In this document: piece after piece, positions 1-11,851 of the stretch
How positions within the stretch are numbered: position 1 is the first letter of the stretch
How the letters are laid out: every line of letters begins with the position of its first letter
IMG/VR virus record: IMGVR_UViG_3300045988_118131
Direction: 5' to 3' (one strand)
DNA length: 64,000 nt
Origin: a virus
Notes under the pieces: model-generated
Told to the model about the DNA's origin: nothing
Database searches by the model: none
Seen by the model: the letters and a program-made list of their open reading frames with translations, nothing else
Translations under genes and position numbers: made by a program

Positions 1-1875
1 ACACCAACCAGCAGCTATATCTTCACTAGAACCTAAGGCAGATATAATTTTATCGGTATTAGAATTTCCGTCATAGTCTAACTTAGCTTCAGTATTATTT
101 GTAATATTACTTAATCCTGGAACATCTGTACCATATCCACCTCATTGGATACTATCATTGCTGTTTGTCTTATCTATAATAAAACTACATTTATCACTAA
201 CAACAGCAACTCCTACAGCTTTACTATTGTTACTAGTGTTCCAACTACCTACAGCTGTAAGTTTACCGTCACTATCACAAATATATACACCATTAGCAAT
301 CTTAGTATAAGTCATAGTTACTGATCTAGATACTTGATTAGCTGTGAAAGATTGAGTAGCTGGAGTATTATAGCCCTTTATATTAGAAGCTGAAATATTA
401 TAACTAGTTCCAAATGGAATTTTATAGACCTTTGGAGAAGTAGTCTGAGAACCCTGACCGCTCACTGTAATAGTATAACCAGAAGCCCCACTTACATTAA
501 CAGTTAAAAATTCTGATTGATATGTACCAGTTTCATTTTTACTAGCTGAGTTAGCTGTTCCAGATATAGCATCTGGAGTTTTATAGCCAGTCACTTCAGA
601 GAAAGTAATATTATAACTAACTCCAAACGGTATCATCAATGTTTTGGAAGTATCACCGTCAGCAAAAGGAACTGGAGTAGAACTAGAATTATACCTTATC
701 GTAGCTGTAGTGTTTCCAAGACCTTCACTTTGGTTGGATGCCCTGGTAACGGTCAGTTTTGTAGACTTATATTCTCCAGATTTGCTCATGGAGGCGCCTG
801 CAGCAGTATCTGATATAACTGAGGGTTTTGTATAGTTAGAAATTTCTGGGAAAGTGATAGTAAATTCGCTTCCAGTTGGCACATTTATAGATTTAGTCTC
901 TTTTCCATTAAATTGCAACTGATGATCTTCACTATCAAAATTTACAGTTACAGTTAAAGAGCTTAGCTCATCTGACTGATTAGATGTAACTTCTATAGAT
1001 AATACAGTAGTGTTATAAGATAATGTTGCCGTTCCAGAAGTGCCTTCAGCTATTTGTGATAGAGGATTAGGAGTTTTATATCCTTCAATATTTTCTCCAG
1101 TTATAGTATATTCAATTCCGGTAGGAATATTTACACTTTGAGGAGTATTAGTCCAATTGATCTCCTTGCTTACTTTATCATAAGATAATGTTAACTTTAA
1201 ACCATTTAAAGCAGAATCTGGCTGAGACTGATTAGAAGTTACTGTGATTGTAGTGAGTGTAGTCTGATACTCCGAATTAATTGTTCTTGTATTTCCTGCG
1301 ATAGCTGTAAACTCTTGAACATCTGGAGTTTTATATCCTTCAATAGCCTCACATTCTATTGTATAGCTTACATTTACTGGAATTGATGCAGTTAGTGGAA
1401 CTCCACTCCAAGTTAAAGTTGTGGTGTTGTCTAAATATTTAATATGAATTTTAACTCCCTCTAACTTAGCATCTGATCCTTGATTGGATGTTAAAGATAG
1501 AATTAGAGTTTCATTAGCTAATCCTCCACCACTTCCTGCTATCTTCCAATCTGCCTTATCTTTTTTTAAATCATATAGTTTGTAGAATACATACTCTTTT
1601 TTTTCTGTATCATAATATCTTGCTTCATCTCCTATACAGAAGGTATATGTTACTCCTTCTATAATATAAGTTAAGGTATTCTCTCCTGGAACAGATTCTA
1701 GTGTTGGAATGGGGTGTGCTAAACACTCTACTCATTTTCCACTTTTTCTATTATACATCTTTCCATCTTCAGGAGCGTCTGGAAACTGTTGAACACCTAT
1801 TTGTGAAATTGGCAAATACTCTTCTTCGGGAGTATGACCATCCCACTGAGGATTAGGAATTTTAAAAACTGCCAT
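1..1875 (-). CDS. Tail fibre / receptor-binding protein, C-terminus runs off the left edge; read with TGA=Trp
   Basis: ATG at 1875-1873. One frame stays open to position 1 if TGA at 1732-1734 and 142-144 are sense. Repeated beta-sandwich units end in (E/T)GYKTP. The C-terminal GVYICDSDGKL..AVGVAVV..QWGGYG module is a paralogue of modules in 2770..6216. Confidence 0.6.
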
Positions 1876-1921
1876 ATTAATTCTTTTAATAATTTAAATA
1901 AATAATCTTCTTTTAAATGGT

Positions 1922-2116
1922 TTATTTTTCATCTTCTAAACTCTTCACTGCATCTTCCAGAGCATTGATATTTGGGGACTCAATGATCTTTATTCCTGGA
2001 ATTGTAACTCTGTAGACAAATTTGCCTGCAGAGTCTATTCCAGATAGAATACTAGATGTAGGGTAAATAGCTAGTATTCTTTGTTTACAATTAACAAGTC
2101 TTTCTTCATTAGTCAT
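1922..2116 (-). CDS. Hypothetical protein
   Basis: 64-aa ORF, TAA stop, packed between fibre genes. Confidence 0.4.
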   Translation of the reverse strand: MTNEERLVNCKQRILAIYPTSSILSGIDSAGKFVYRVTIPGIKIIESPNINALEDAVKSLEDEK

Positions 2117-2768
2117 AATAATGTAAACTAAGAGTACCTTTAATAGTTAATTCGTTATTACTATATTTAACTGTGTTATCTATTATAGAAATACTAGATA
2201 TACTCTTTAAATCAATAGTAGCTACTGATTCAGAATTGTCCATAATATCTACATAATTATAAGCAGTATCTAATAAGTAACTTTCATAATCAGAGTCAAT
2301 TTGTACTAATTTAGGCACTTTTGATAATGAATATTTTAAATCTATTGGTTCATTTATAACTCCAGAGCTATTTAAGGTTTGATGGGTTTCTTCTGATATA
2401 GTTATTGAATATTCTCCTGCGGGAATTTCTGTAAATGTTACAGATGTGTTATCTCCTGTATTTTCTACTCTTCTTACTTTATCAGAAGCTATAAATTCAA
2501 CTTTACTATTCTTAGCGTTAGAAGTTACTGTAACTGAATAAATAGGTTGTACCTCAATATTTAATGTAGAAGAATCTATCAATACTGCTTCCGAATATCT
2601 AGAAGTGGTTTCAGTCTCTTCTACTTCAATAGTATAATTGCCATGAGTTATATTTCCTAATGTAGCTTCTCCACTTGCGTTAGTAACTCCAGTAGCAACT
2701 AACTTTTGTATGTCCATGTTTTCTGGATTAGACATACTAGAATCAAATACTAATCTATCTTGTTCCAT
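2109..2768 (-). CDS. Tail-associated protein with carboxypeptidase-regulatory-like beta-sandwich
   Basis: 219-aa ORF. NASGEATLGNITHGNYTIEVEE-type motif. ATG lies 1 nt after the TAG stop of the upstream gene. Confidence 0.4.
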   Translation of the reverse strand: MEQDRLVFDSSMSNPENMDIQKLVATGVTNASGEATLGNITHGNYTIEVEETETTSRYSEAVLIDSSTLNIEVQPIYSVTVTSNAKNSKVEFIASDKVRRVENTGDNTSVTFTEIPAGEYSITISEETHQTLNSSGVINEPIDLKYSLSKVPKLVQIDSDYESYLLDTAYNYVDIMDNSESVATIDLKSISSISIIDNTVKYSNNELTIKGTLSLHYYD

Positions 2769-2769
2769 A

Positions 2770-5700
2770 CTATACAGCTATTATTTCTTTAAAACTATTA
2801 ACATCTTTTGATTCTGTTAATTCACCTCTAAAAGCAAGACGTGAACCTTTAGTATAGCTTATAGAGGTTGTAGTGTCGTTAGCATATGTATATGCTATGC
2901 TACCATTACCCTCAACTGCGTGCGCTCCAGAACGGGATAGGATTATTTCTTTACTCCCTAGAGTGTAATAGTAAGCACAGTAATTTTCTCCCAGTTGTTC
3001 TTGACTCTGTATAGAAGTAGGTATTACATCAAAGAATGGTCCTTTTTCAGCTTGTATATGTGATATATAGCCCATAGAACTATATGCTTTGACTGTTCTA
3101 ACAGAGTTGTCTAGATTAGTTATACTCCAAACATTATTATTAATAATAACACCTTTTACATATTCCTCAAGACCTCCAAATACTCCTTCTATACCTCTAA
3201 AGTTTACCCATCCAGAAGAGGCTTTTTCTGTGTCTCTATTTCCTAAAGCATCAGTCCCTCCTGTTTTAGTATTATATTCTGCCCCACCAATTCCTAGAAC
3301 AGCTTGTGAGTGTCTATTTCTATATTTAGCATAGAACAACATAGCTATTTGACAATGCTGATAATAGTCAATAATCTGATATCCAGTTCCTCTAGATTCT
3401 GAGTAGGTAGTAGCATTATTAAATGAAATATCGCCTTTAGGAGTTACTCCACTTCTACTGTATAATTTCTTACTTGATACATATCCTTTATATGCTCCAA
3501 TCAATGAAGCAGGAACGTGTATTCAATCTTCCCCTAAGTTTACACGAGAAAATCTATATGCAAACTTAGCACCTCCTAAATTTTCATAATGGTAATAATA
3601 CTCTGGCAAATACACCATTACATCACCTTCTGTACCATCAGTTTTAGCCACAGAACCATCAAAATATTTTAATCTAGTATTTTCATCTAGTCTTATAAAT
3701 GTTCCAGCTTTATCTCCTGTTCTCTTAAACAGTACACATCCCATTTCAGAAAGTATTTGAGATATAACAGAATCCTGAGATTCCTCTCAAACATTTACTG
3801 TAGCATCTGGTACTGGTTCCGATGTCTTAGTAACATTTGCTGTAACATTATACACTTTACTTATCACAAATGTGATAGCATTGATATTGTCTAATATATC
3901 CTTTGTAACTACTGCTTTAGAATAACCATCCTTCTCAATAGTAAAGGTGTAGGAACCATTTAAAAGATGTGTAGAAATCATTCCTCCTTCAGTTGTCTCT
4001 GTAATATAGTCTAAGACTCCATCTTCAGACTGTATCCTTACTAATGCATTTGGTACTATATTTCCTGATTCTGTATTTTCTTTAACCGTTATATTTACAG
4101 TAGCTCCCTGTTCCAATACTACTTCTTTACTTAAGTCACTACTCAAATTTTCAATAATTCCTGAGTAAGGAACATAGTCTTGATGCTCTACATAAAATGT
4201 AGAATCTTTTCCTGCTCTTAGTCTTAAAGTGGCTTCTCCAGATTCATTAGTTGGTTTCAGCTTTGAAGGACTATTATTTGGAATTATTTTTGCATTTTGA
4301 ACAATTTGAGTTCTCTTATTATTGAGTGAGGCAAATGCACGCACCCTACGCACATTGCCCTTAAGAGATTTATTTAGGTCACTTTTATTTCAATGCATTG
4401 ATCAGCTGGAGCTAGAATTGCATTGCGTGCTGGTTCAATAATAATAGTCTGTTGCTATTGCTGTGCCTCCGATAAGTGACATACAAGTATCTATTTCGTC
4501 CTTGTTATTATATGCTTCCTGTCATTCACTGCACGAACCTAAATAACCTCTTTCACCATTTTTAAACAAAAAACTTTGACACCAACCAGCCGCATAGTCA
4601 GAAGTATTTCCATATTGTGCTACAATAGCGGATGAATTTTGAGCGCCTCTATAATCAGTAGTCCTTGCCATTAATGGTTCAGTAGTCGTGGTTACACCTG
4701 GTACAACATCCTGTGCCCCACCTTTACTTCATATTTGAGTACTACTATTATCTGTTGGTGCGATCACGAATTGGCATTTGCTTAACAAGACAACTACTCC
4801 TACTGCTTTGTTGTTGTTTTCGATACTCCAATTAGAGCGAGTAACGAGACTATTATCCGTATCAAGGATATATATCCCTTCTTCTGTACTTCCTTGAAAT
4901 GGGAGAAAGGTAAAAGGCAAAACTTTAAAACTGCTATTTTTAACTGGTTGAAGAGATTTTCCATCTTGCCAATAAAGAGCCGCGTTATTAGTAGGTCCAA
5001 ACTGGGTACATGTTTGAATATATTGGCTCCCCCATAAAGAAAGACCCAATGTACGCAAAATCTCTTCCACCTGTGTTCTGTAAGAATACAAAATATTTAC
5101 CTCACCAAATGAAGGTAAATAACCACTTTGTCCATTCCCAAACGCATATGTCTTAGCATATTTTGCCGCAAGTGCGTTGTCAATTCCTAAAGCAGATATT
5201 ATCACATCAGTGTAAATAAACCCATGTGTTGCTTTACTTAAGTTTGAGATTGGTATACCAGAACTTAACAACGGTACATTGGGAATCAAAGTGTCTCGCC
5301 CACCAAAAGGATAGCTTTGGGCACTTATGGCTGTCGATACCATAAACGAATTAGTATCAGTTGAAATACCTATACCACATACATCAGATGTTCCCTTACC
5401 AGATAATGCCCATTCCTCTTTTGTGTAACGATTATCGTCTTTATCATAGATATACACACCATTTGGAACAGGATTGTATTCATAGGTGCAGAAAGGACGA
5501 GAATTACAAGGATTGGTTTTAGCATAACCACTGGGTGCAGAATCACCCCAATAAGCACTCCAAGCGGCCTGTTCGTTATATTGTGTCGAAGTCCAGAATA
5601 TAGCACTGCCAATAATAGCTCCACCTGCTATGCTTATTGAACCATTTATAATGGTTCTATTTAGTCGGGCTACATTCCACTGTCCACAAGAAGGCAAAAA

Positions 5701-6216
5701 TCAAGAACCCGCGCCAAATCCTTCTGTAGAATAAGCTGCACACTTATGAGCCGCCGTGTCTTCCGTTGGTTTCGTAAGTATGATATTTTGAGAATTTGTC
5801 TTACCTGCAAAATCACAAAGAGCTAAAGAAGTGTTTGTTTCAGTTGTAACATCAGGAATAAGGCTATTCGTAGAGGACCAGTAATCACTTTGTACGTTTT
5901 GCAAAGCAATAAAGTCAAAATCCTTGCTTCTTACATCAGTAATAACCCCGACACATGTTTTAGTTTCACTTAAATTTGTACTTCAAGTTTTATCACTATA
6001 TACAAAATCTCCAACTTTTGGTCTAAAAATTAATTCATGTTTTTCTCTACCCTTAACATTAAAATCTACAGCCCAGGTATTATTTATATGTTCTCCATTA
6101 TATTTAACTCATAAGTTTTCTGGAGATTCAAATATTCCATTTCGTTTAATCATAGGCTCATAGGGAACCCATGAGCCATTATGATTAATATATTGTTCTA
6201 TTATCTTAGTTGTCAT
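2770..6216 (-). CDS. Large multidomain receptor-binding protein (about 1148 aa) with duplicated DUF1566-like lectin-type modules; read with TGA=Trp
   Basis: Track ORFs 5701..5904, 4729..5697, 3787..4353, 3523..3744 and 2770..3504 share one frame and are separated only by TGA. There are 10 in-frame TGA, e.g. 5701, 4729, 4522, 4435, 4402, 4390, 3787, 3523. ATG at 6216, TAG stop at 2770. Confidence 0.65.
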
Positions 6217-6219
6217 ATG

Positions 6220-7656
6220 TTATTGAGTTACAATTTGAAACCATATATCTCCATCTTTTCCTCCAGATGGCTCATCAGCTGAAACTGTTATTACTGGAAC
6301 TTTAGAATTAACTTCTTCTTTTGCATAGTAATTAGATAAATCTATAGAAGTATTTCCTATCAACTCAAATTTCGAGCCATCCCAAATGTATTCGTTATAA
6401 ACATCTTGACCTGATCCAGACTTAGAAACTAAGTATAAAACATTGCTATCTCCAGTTTGAGGTAATGATTCCACTTTCTTTACTTCAAACTGATGTACTT
6501 TAGCTATCTCTCCATCTACATAAGTTTTTGTAGTATAATTAGAGTCATTGGATAGCTGGCTTGTCTTTGTTGGAATAGTAGGTTTATTTAATATCTCAGC
6601 AGCATTTCCTGCAGATGCATTCCAATCTGGCTTTATATTAACTTGAGCACCTTCTTCTATTCCGTCTAATTTATTCTTTAGTGGATTAGTAAAATCGTTG
6701 GTAGATAGTCCCTTTCCAGGAACTTTAGTTTGGAACAATTCATTAGACTCTTCTTTAGTATAGCTTTCTACTACCTCAGATTCAGATAAATCTACCCAGA
6801 TAGGAACTTTAGTTTCAGGTTTAACACCGCTTGAAGTGTGAACTTCTTCTGGAATAGCTACTGCCTTTCCAGAAATTTCTATAGGCTCCCCAGCAAATGT
6901 TATAGATTCAATTTTATTTACCTGAGCTTTAGCTTCAATACCTTGAAGTTTGGTGAAGTTTTCACTAGACATTAGCCCGGCTTCTGTTGTACTAGCCATA
7001 GAAGAAGTTCCTCCTAGAGGATCCCAGTCAGTTCCTGTTCATGCATAGTTAATATCAGTTTTAACAACATTTCAAACATCACCTACTTCATTACTTTGAG
7101 TTGGAAGATCTTGATAAGTAGGTTTAGAACCTTTGTATTTATAAACACCAGGAATATTAACTCCCTCTATGAGATCGTTTACTTCAGTCTTTGTATATAT
7201 ATCTGGCTTATTTAATATTTTAGCCCCTCCAGACTCAGCATTCCAATCAGCTTGTGCTAATCCATCTAGCTTTGTTTTATCTTCTTTAGACATTAGACCA
7301 TCTAAAGAAGGAGATGCCAATTCTGTTGTTCCCTCAACTAGTCCCCACTTGGCTCTTCCATCTGAGATGTCAAATAATTTGTAAAATCTGTATTCTTGTT
7401 TATCTGTATCGTAAAATCTGCATTCGTCTCCTATTCTATATTTATAGTTTGTTCCTTCTAGATTGTAGCTAAGTAGCGACTCTCCAGGAATATTGGATAC
7501 TGTCACAATTTCAGACATTGGGTAATAAACTCCCTGAGTCCAAATTTCTCTAGTGTCCTCAATAAATGCAATAGAGTCTGGTTTTACCTCGGATGCAGAT
7601 AACTTAGCTTCGAATCCAGCTTTTGTCTTCGCTTGAATAAATAATGTTTCTATCAT
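6220..7656 (-). CDS. Tail fibre protein; read with TGA=Trp
   Basis: ORFs 7072..7656 and 6220..6999 are in one frame, joined through TGA at 7072 and 7039. N-terminal F..K....F..KL.......SI.FI.DT..I...G.YY adaptor motif. GLMS..DK.KLD fibre repeats. Confidence 0.65.
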
Positions 7657-7660
7657 ATTA

Positions 7661-8005
7661 TTAAGTTATTGTAGTCCAATTTGTGTTATCAATAATGCCT
7701 CCAACTATGACTCCTCCTGAATCGGTTATAGTTGTTCATGCTACATCAGGACCTCTAGTAATCATAGCATGAAGCTTACTTATAGCAGTTTCAAAACTAT
7801 CTCCGGGCTGAGGTTGAGAGTTGTCTTTAGATGGTCCATAGTCTTCTCCAAGTATTCCATCATAGTCATAGAACTCGCCGTGAGTGTATATTTGTCGAGT
7901 GTCTTTGATAAAAACAATACTAGTGTCTAAGATATTTCCAGATTCCAGCTTCTCCTTAAATTTAGAGAATGTTTTGAAATGAATAAACCTCTTTTCAATA
8001 GCCAT
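7661..8005 (-). CDS. Small protein with tail-fibre N-terminal adaptor motif; read with TGA=Trp
   Basis: 89-aa ORF continues through TGA at 7736 to TAA at 7661. Its N-terminus is paralogous to those of 6220..7656 and 8065..10842. Confidence 0.5.
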
Positions 8006-8064
8006 TGTACTAGTATATTTAAAATGAGAGGAGAATTAACCCCTCTCTGTTAGTCTTCTTCACC

Positions 8065-10842
8065 TCATTCTAGTAGAGATTCCGCGAACTTTTTAGCTCC
8101 TTTAATAGTTTCGGAATCTTTAGTATCTCCGTTAGTTCCTTTAAGTTCTGTTTTTGCTGCTTTTACTTTGAAGTCCACTGAACCGTTTACAGTGTCATTA
8201 CCGTTTAACTTAGTAATGGCAGCTTCATTAGCTGTGACACGTTCTTCTAATTCTGTAGTACTTGTAGCATTTTCCTTTATCTTATCTTCTAATTTCTTTA
8301 AAGTATTATAGTCAGCCGAAGCTCCACCTTTTATACCTGCTATGGCATCAGTGTTAACCTTAATTTGTGCGTCTAGTTTAACATCGGCATCATTTAAACT
8401 AGTAGCGTCGGCTATATAATTTGATTCTGAATTAGCTACATAAGTATCTGTAGACTGTCCAGTAACTGCTTTTCTTGCATTATCTGCATCAGTGCCAGCT
8501 TTTTTAGCGTCAGCAATAGCTGAGTCAATTGCAGACTGGTTTTTAAGTCCTGTTAATTTAGCAATCTCTGTATCTAATACCAAAGATTTACCTACTTCCT
8601 TATCTACTTTTTTGTCTAAAGCTGTCTGAGTAGCTGTAGAAACAGGAAGATCAGCAGGAGCTAGGTTTTCTACACTACCTAAACCTACTTGTTCTTTTGT
8701 TACTTCGTGAGGATTATCTGTGTCAGCTACGTGAGTATTTAATTTATCAGTAGTAGCTTTCCCTTTGCTACCTTCATAGGCAGTTCCAGCAACTTCTCCT
8801 AATACTAGATTACCAGAAGTAATTTGAATAAGACCTGATGTGTCTCCACCCCAACGATATTGCTTGTTACCATCAGCTACAGCAATATAAATCTTTCCAG
8901 CTTCTGGAGTTGTTCCAGCATCCACTGCTGTTGTGTAAGTAGCTTTAAATAATTTCTTCTCTGCAGTAGCATAGAATAATTGTCCTACTACTAAGCCAGA
9001 TGTTGGAATATTAGCTTTCGCAGCTACAACTTTCTGAATTTCAATTACGTCATCAACGTAACTTGGAAGTTGAGTAGAAGGAACTTTACCATCAGCACCA
9101 AGACTTGCAACACCGTCTGCCTGACCTATCTTAGAGCTGTCAATCTTAGAATCTACAAGCTCTTTTAATACTTTACCTTGTTCTGCAGATAGAGCTTTAT
9201 CGGCACCACCAGTAGTTAAATCATTTACAATCTGGATAATAGTTTGATTTCCGACGTCAACACGTTGCCATCCAGAATAGTCTCCTGAAGTAATTTTAGA
9301 AACATCTTTTAGAATATATACTGCAGGTTTACCTTCATCGTCAGCAACTACTACCATCATACCTTTATAGTAGTTCTTACCGGAGTAAGTACTAGCTGCA
9401 ATAAGGTCTGCCTTTGTAGGAACTAGAGAACGAGCATCTAGAGGAGCTTGACCTCCTGGCTCAAAGTTAACAGCGAATGCAGCAACACCCGCAGGACGAT
9501 TACCAGTAGCAGCAACAGCCATAGGTTCACTGTCCATAAACGGAACAGTTGTGCTATTCATAGCAACCTTACGGAATACTTCGTCAGTTATTTCCTCACC
9601 TTCATATGTATATGGTTCAGAATTTAGCATTCTTGAAACATTAGCAACAGTAAATCTTAACTGTAGTGCTCCAGATAAAGCTCCTTGTGTAGTTAATTTC
9701 TTATATGCTACATCATTGCCTTGAACTGATATATTCCCTGCATCAGAAATTACATAGTTGGCTGAACTAAATACTTCCCATTTACCAGATACGGTATTAA
9801 AGAATTCTACTTTAGTTACATTCTTTTGAGAAGGGAATTTAAATTCAAGACGTGTTCCAGTAGAAGCTTCAGAAGCAAATTTAGCTCCGATTAAAGTATC
9901 AGTCCATTTTTTTAACGGAAGTTTAGTATCTGGAGTAGGACCAGACGGCATACTACTTTCTCCGTTACCTGTAGAAGCATTAGCTCCGTTACAAAAATAT
10001 GGATAAGTACCAAAGATTGAAGTGCTTGCTGTTACACTGCCTGCAGGTAGTGGGTTGGGAGTTACACTAGCTTTATTACCTTTAGATGTTAACAAGGTAT
10101 CACCTTGACCGTAGTTAACAGTTAGGTTATAAGTCATTTGTCCTAATGTGACTTTTTGGGAGGCGTCTAAGGCAGCAGAACCTAATTTGATGCTACGACC
10201 AGTTTCTGCACCAGCACGGTTTTTATTTGCTTGCCCTACTACAGTACAAGTACCTCTATTAAATGACACGTTAAAATCACTTTCGGCTCCAGGAGCTGCC
10301 TGTCCAACTTCATAAATACCATTAGAAGCCCAACTACCTTTAGGAGAGATTGAACATGATGGGTTTTGAACAGTAGGCTGAATTTCTTCAAAAAGAATAT
10401 CATCAAAAATTTGGGACAGTGTCTTTTTCTCCAAATCTGATACCTTTGTGCCTTTAGCTAAACCACCATGTTTTTCTGGAGTAGTTAATTCATCAGGTAA
10501 TTCTGATGTGTACATCAAATTAGCAGAAAGTGTGTCGTCAATACTATCTAATTTAGCTTTATCTGCTGCAGACATCAAACCTGCCTGTTGTGTGGTAGCT
10601 GTAGCAATAGTAATTGTGTGTTGATCTCCACTAGCATCCGTAAATTGAATAGACCCATTATCTCCAAGCTCTACTGATACTAATGATTTTTTAAGTTTCT
10701 CGGCTAAGGTTCCGTCTATTCCATAGACCTTACCGTTCATTAAAATTTCGCTGGTGTCTTGAGCGAAATAGACTGCATCTAGATGCTTACTAGCAGCATC
10801 ATAGGAATTTTTACTTCCTCTAAAAAATTTAACTCTCGCCAT
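8065..10842 (-). CDS. Large tail fibre / tail spike protein (925 aa)
   Basis: Uninterrupted ORF; ATG (MARVKFF) at 10842. Same N-terminal adaptor motif, GLMSAADKAKLDSI repeat and C-terminal coiled coil. No in-frame TGA. Confidence 0.7.
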   Translation of the reverse strand: MARVKFFRGSKNSYDAASKHLDAVYFAQDTSEILMNGKVYGIDGTLAEKLKKSLVSVELGDNGSIQFTDASGDQHTITIATATTQQAGLMSAADKAKLDSIDDTLSANLMYTSELPDELTTPEKHGGLAKGTKVSDLEKKTLSQIFDDILFEEIQPTVQNPSCSISPKGSWASNGIYEVGQAAPGAESDFNVSFNRGTCTVVGQANKNRAGAETGRSIKLGSAALDASQKVTLGQMTYNLTVNYGQGDTLLTSKGNKASVTPNPLPAGSVTASTSIFGTYPYFCNGANASTGNGESSMPSGPTPDTKLPLKKWTDTLIGAKFASEASTGTRLEFKFPSQKNVTKVEFFNTVSGKWEVFSSANYVISDAGNISVQGNDVAYKKLTTQGALSGALQLRFTVANVSRMLNSEPYTYEGEEITDEVFRKVAMNSTTVPFMDSEPMAVAATGNRPAGVAAFAVNFEPGGQAPLDARSLVPTKADLIAASTYSGKNYYKGMMVVVADDEGKPAVYILKDVSKITSGDYSGWQRVDVGNQTIIQIVNDLTTGGADKALSAEQGKVLKELVDSKIDSSKIGQADGVASLGADGKVPSTQLPSYVDDVIEIQKVVAAKANIPTSGLVVGQLFYATAEKKLFKATYTTAVDAGTTPEAGKIYIAVADGNKQYRWGGDTSGLIQITSGNLVLGEVAGTAYEGSKGKATTDKLNTHVADTDNPHEVTKEQVGLGSVENLAPADLPVSTATQTALDKKVDKEVGKSLVLDTEIAKLTGLKNQSAIDSAIADAKKAGTDADNARKAVTGQSTDTYVANSESNYIADATSLNDADVKLDAQIKVNTDAIAGIKGGASADYNTLKKLEDKIKENATSTTELEERVTANEAAITKLNGNDTVNGSVDFKVKAAKTELKGTNGDTKDSETIKGAKKFAESLLE

Positions 10843-10855
10843 AAAATTTTTAAAT

Positions 10856-11833
10856 TTAATCAATTACGTCGTGTCAATCTATACTTACATATAATCCATC
10901 ATTTTCATCTGTCAACAAATTACCCTCTTTAGAGGATATACTAACAGTTGAAGACATTTTAGCTAATGATATATAATATGTATGTACTATATGTTCATCT
11001 AATGTACTATACAATTTATAAAATAAAATATAATAATTTCCACCCTTATTAACTGGGTTTGAGACTGAGTCGTATTTCTTTCAATCTACATAATTAGGAG
11101 GATATTGTTGTATTTGTTCTTCTGTTATGTTTTCTATATACAATCCATAGAGTAACTCCTTGTTAGGAGACTGAAATTTACCCAATAAGTTCTCCTCAGA
11201 TATGGATTTTCCGTATAGTTTTATAAACTCTCCATCTCTTATAACTTGTATATTACCAGTCAGACCTTCTGTATCTATTGATATAATCTTATTATCCTTA
11301 ACTTTTACATCAGCAGAAACTACATTATCTTGGCTAGTAGAGAAGACTATTGTGTTCGTACTTTTAAACGTACAAATTTCGGCTATTTTTTCTAGATTAA
11401 CAAATATTTTATAGCCACTCTTAAAATACATTATAAGAATAGTATCTCCTTCTTCTATTTCTACTCCAGTTTTAGCTGCTTCTAATACATCCTCTGCGGT
11501 AGCTTTGCGAGTTATACTACTAGTAATATAATCTCCTGTTTCTACTCAAATAGTGCTTATTATCTCGTTTTTTAGATTTCTAAGATATATAGGTCTTCTG
11601 TTATCGACAATCTCCCCATATTCCAACTTAGCTCCAAGTTTGTCTATTTTATCTACTTGAGATTTATAAGAATCTGTAAAATTATTATCTGTATGAACGT
11701 ATTCTGGATCCACTATGTATCCAGAATCGTTCTCTAACTCGCTTAATTTAGTAGGAATCTTTACTCTTTTTTTGATTGTCATGCACCCTCTAGTTGTGGT
11801 AACTACAATTGTATTATCGTCATTAATTTCCAT
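10856..11833 (-). CDS. Tail fibre-associated protein; read with TGA=Trp
   Basis: ORFs 11546..11839 and 11081..11431 are in one frame, joined by TGA at 11546, 11081 and 10874. TAA at 10856. Shares the PTKLSELEND..HTDNNFTD..K motif with 11852..14257. Confidence 0.55.
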
Positions 11834-11851
11834 TCTCAACTAAATTTTAAG

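Noticed and set aside
644-835. Short ORFs on the opposite strand of long genes in the track. Examples: 644..835, 3089..3334, 7169..7384, 12477..12677, 13056..13271, 18765..19040, 30411..30683, 35663..35920, 60904..61374.
   Set aside because: Each lies entirely inside a longer, motif-supported gene on the other strand. They have low-complexity or Ser/Leu-rich products typical of antisense frames. 13056..13271 is the mirror of the Ala-rich coil.
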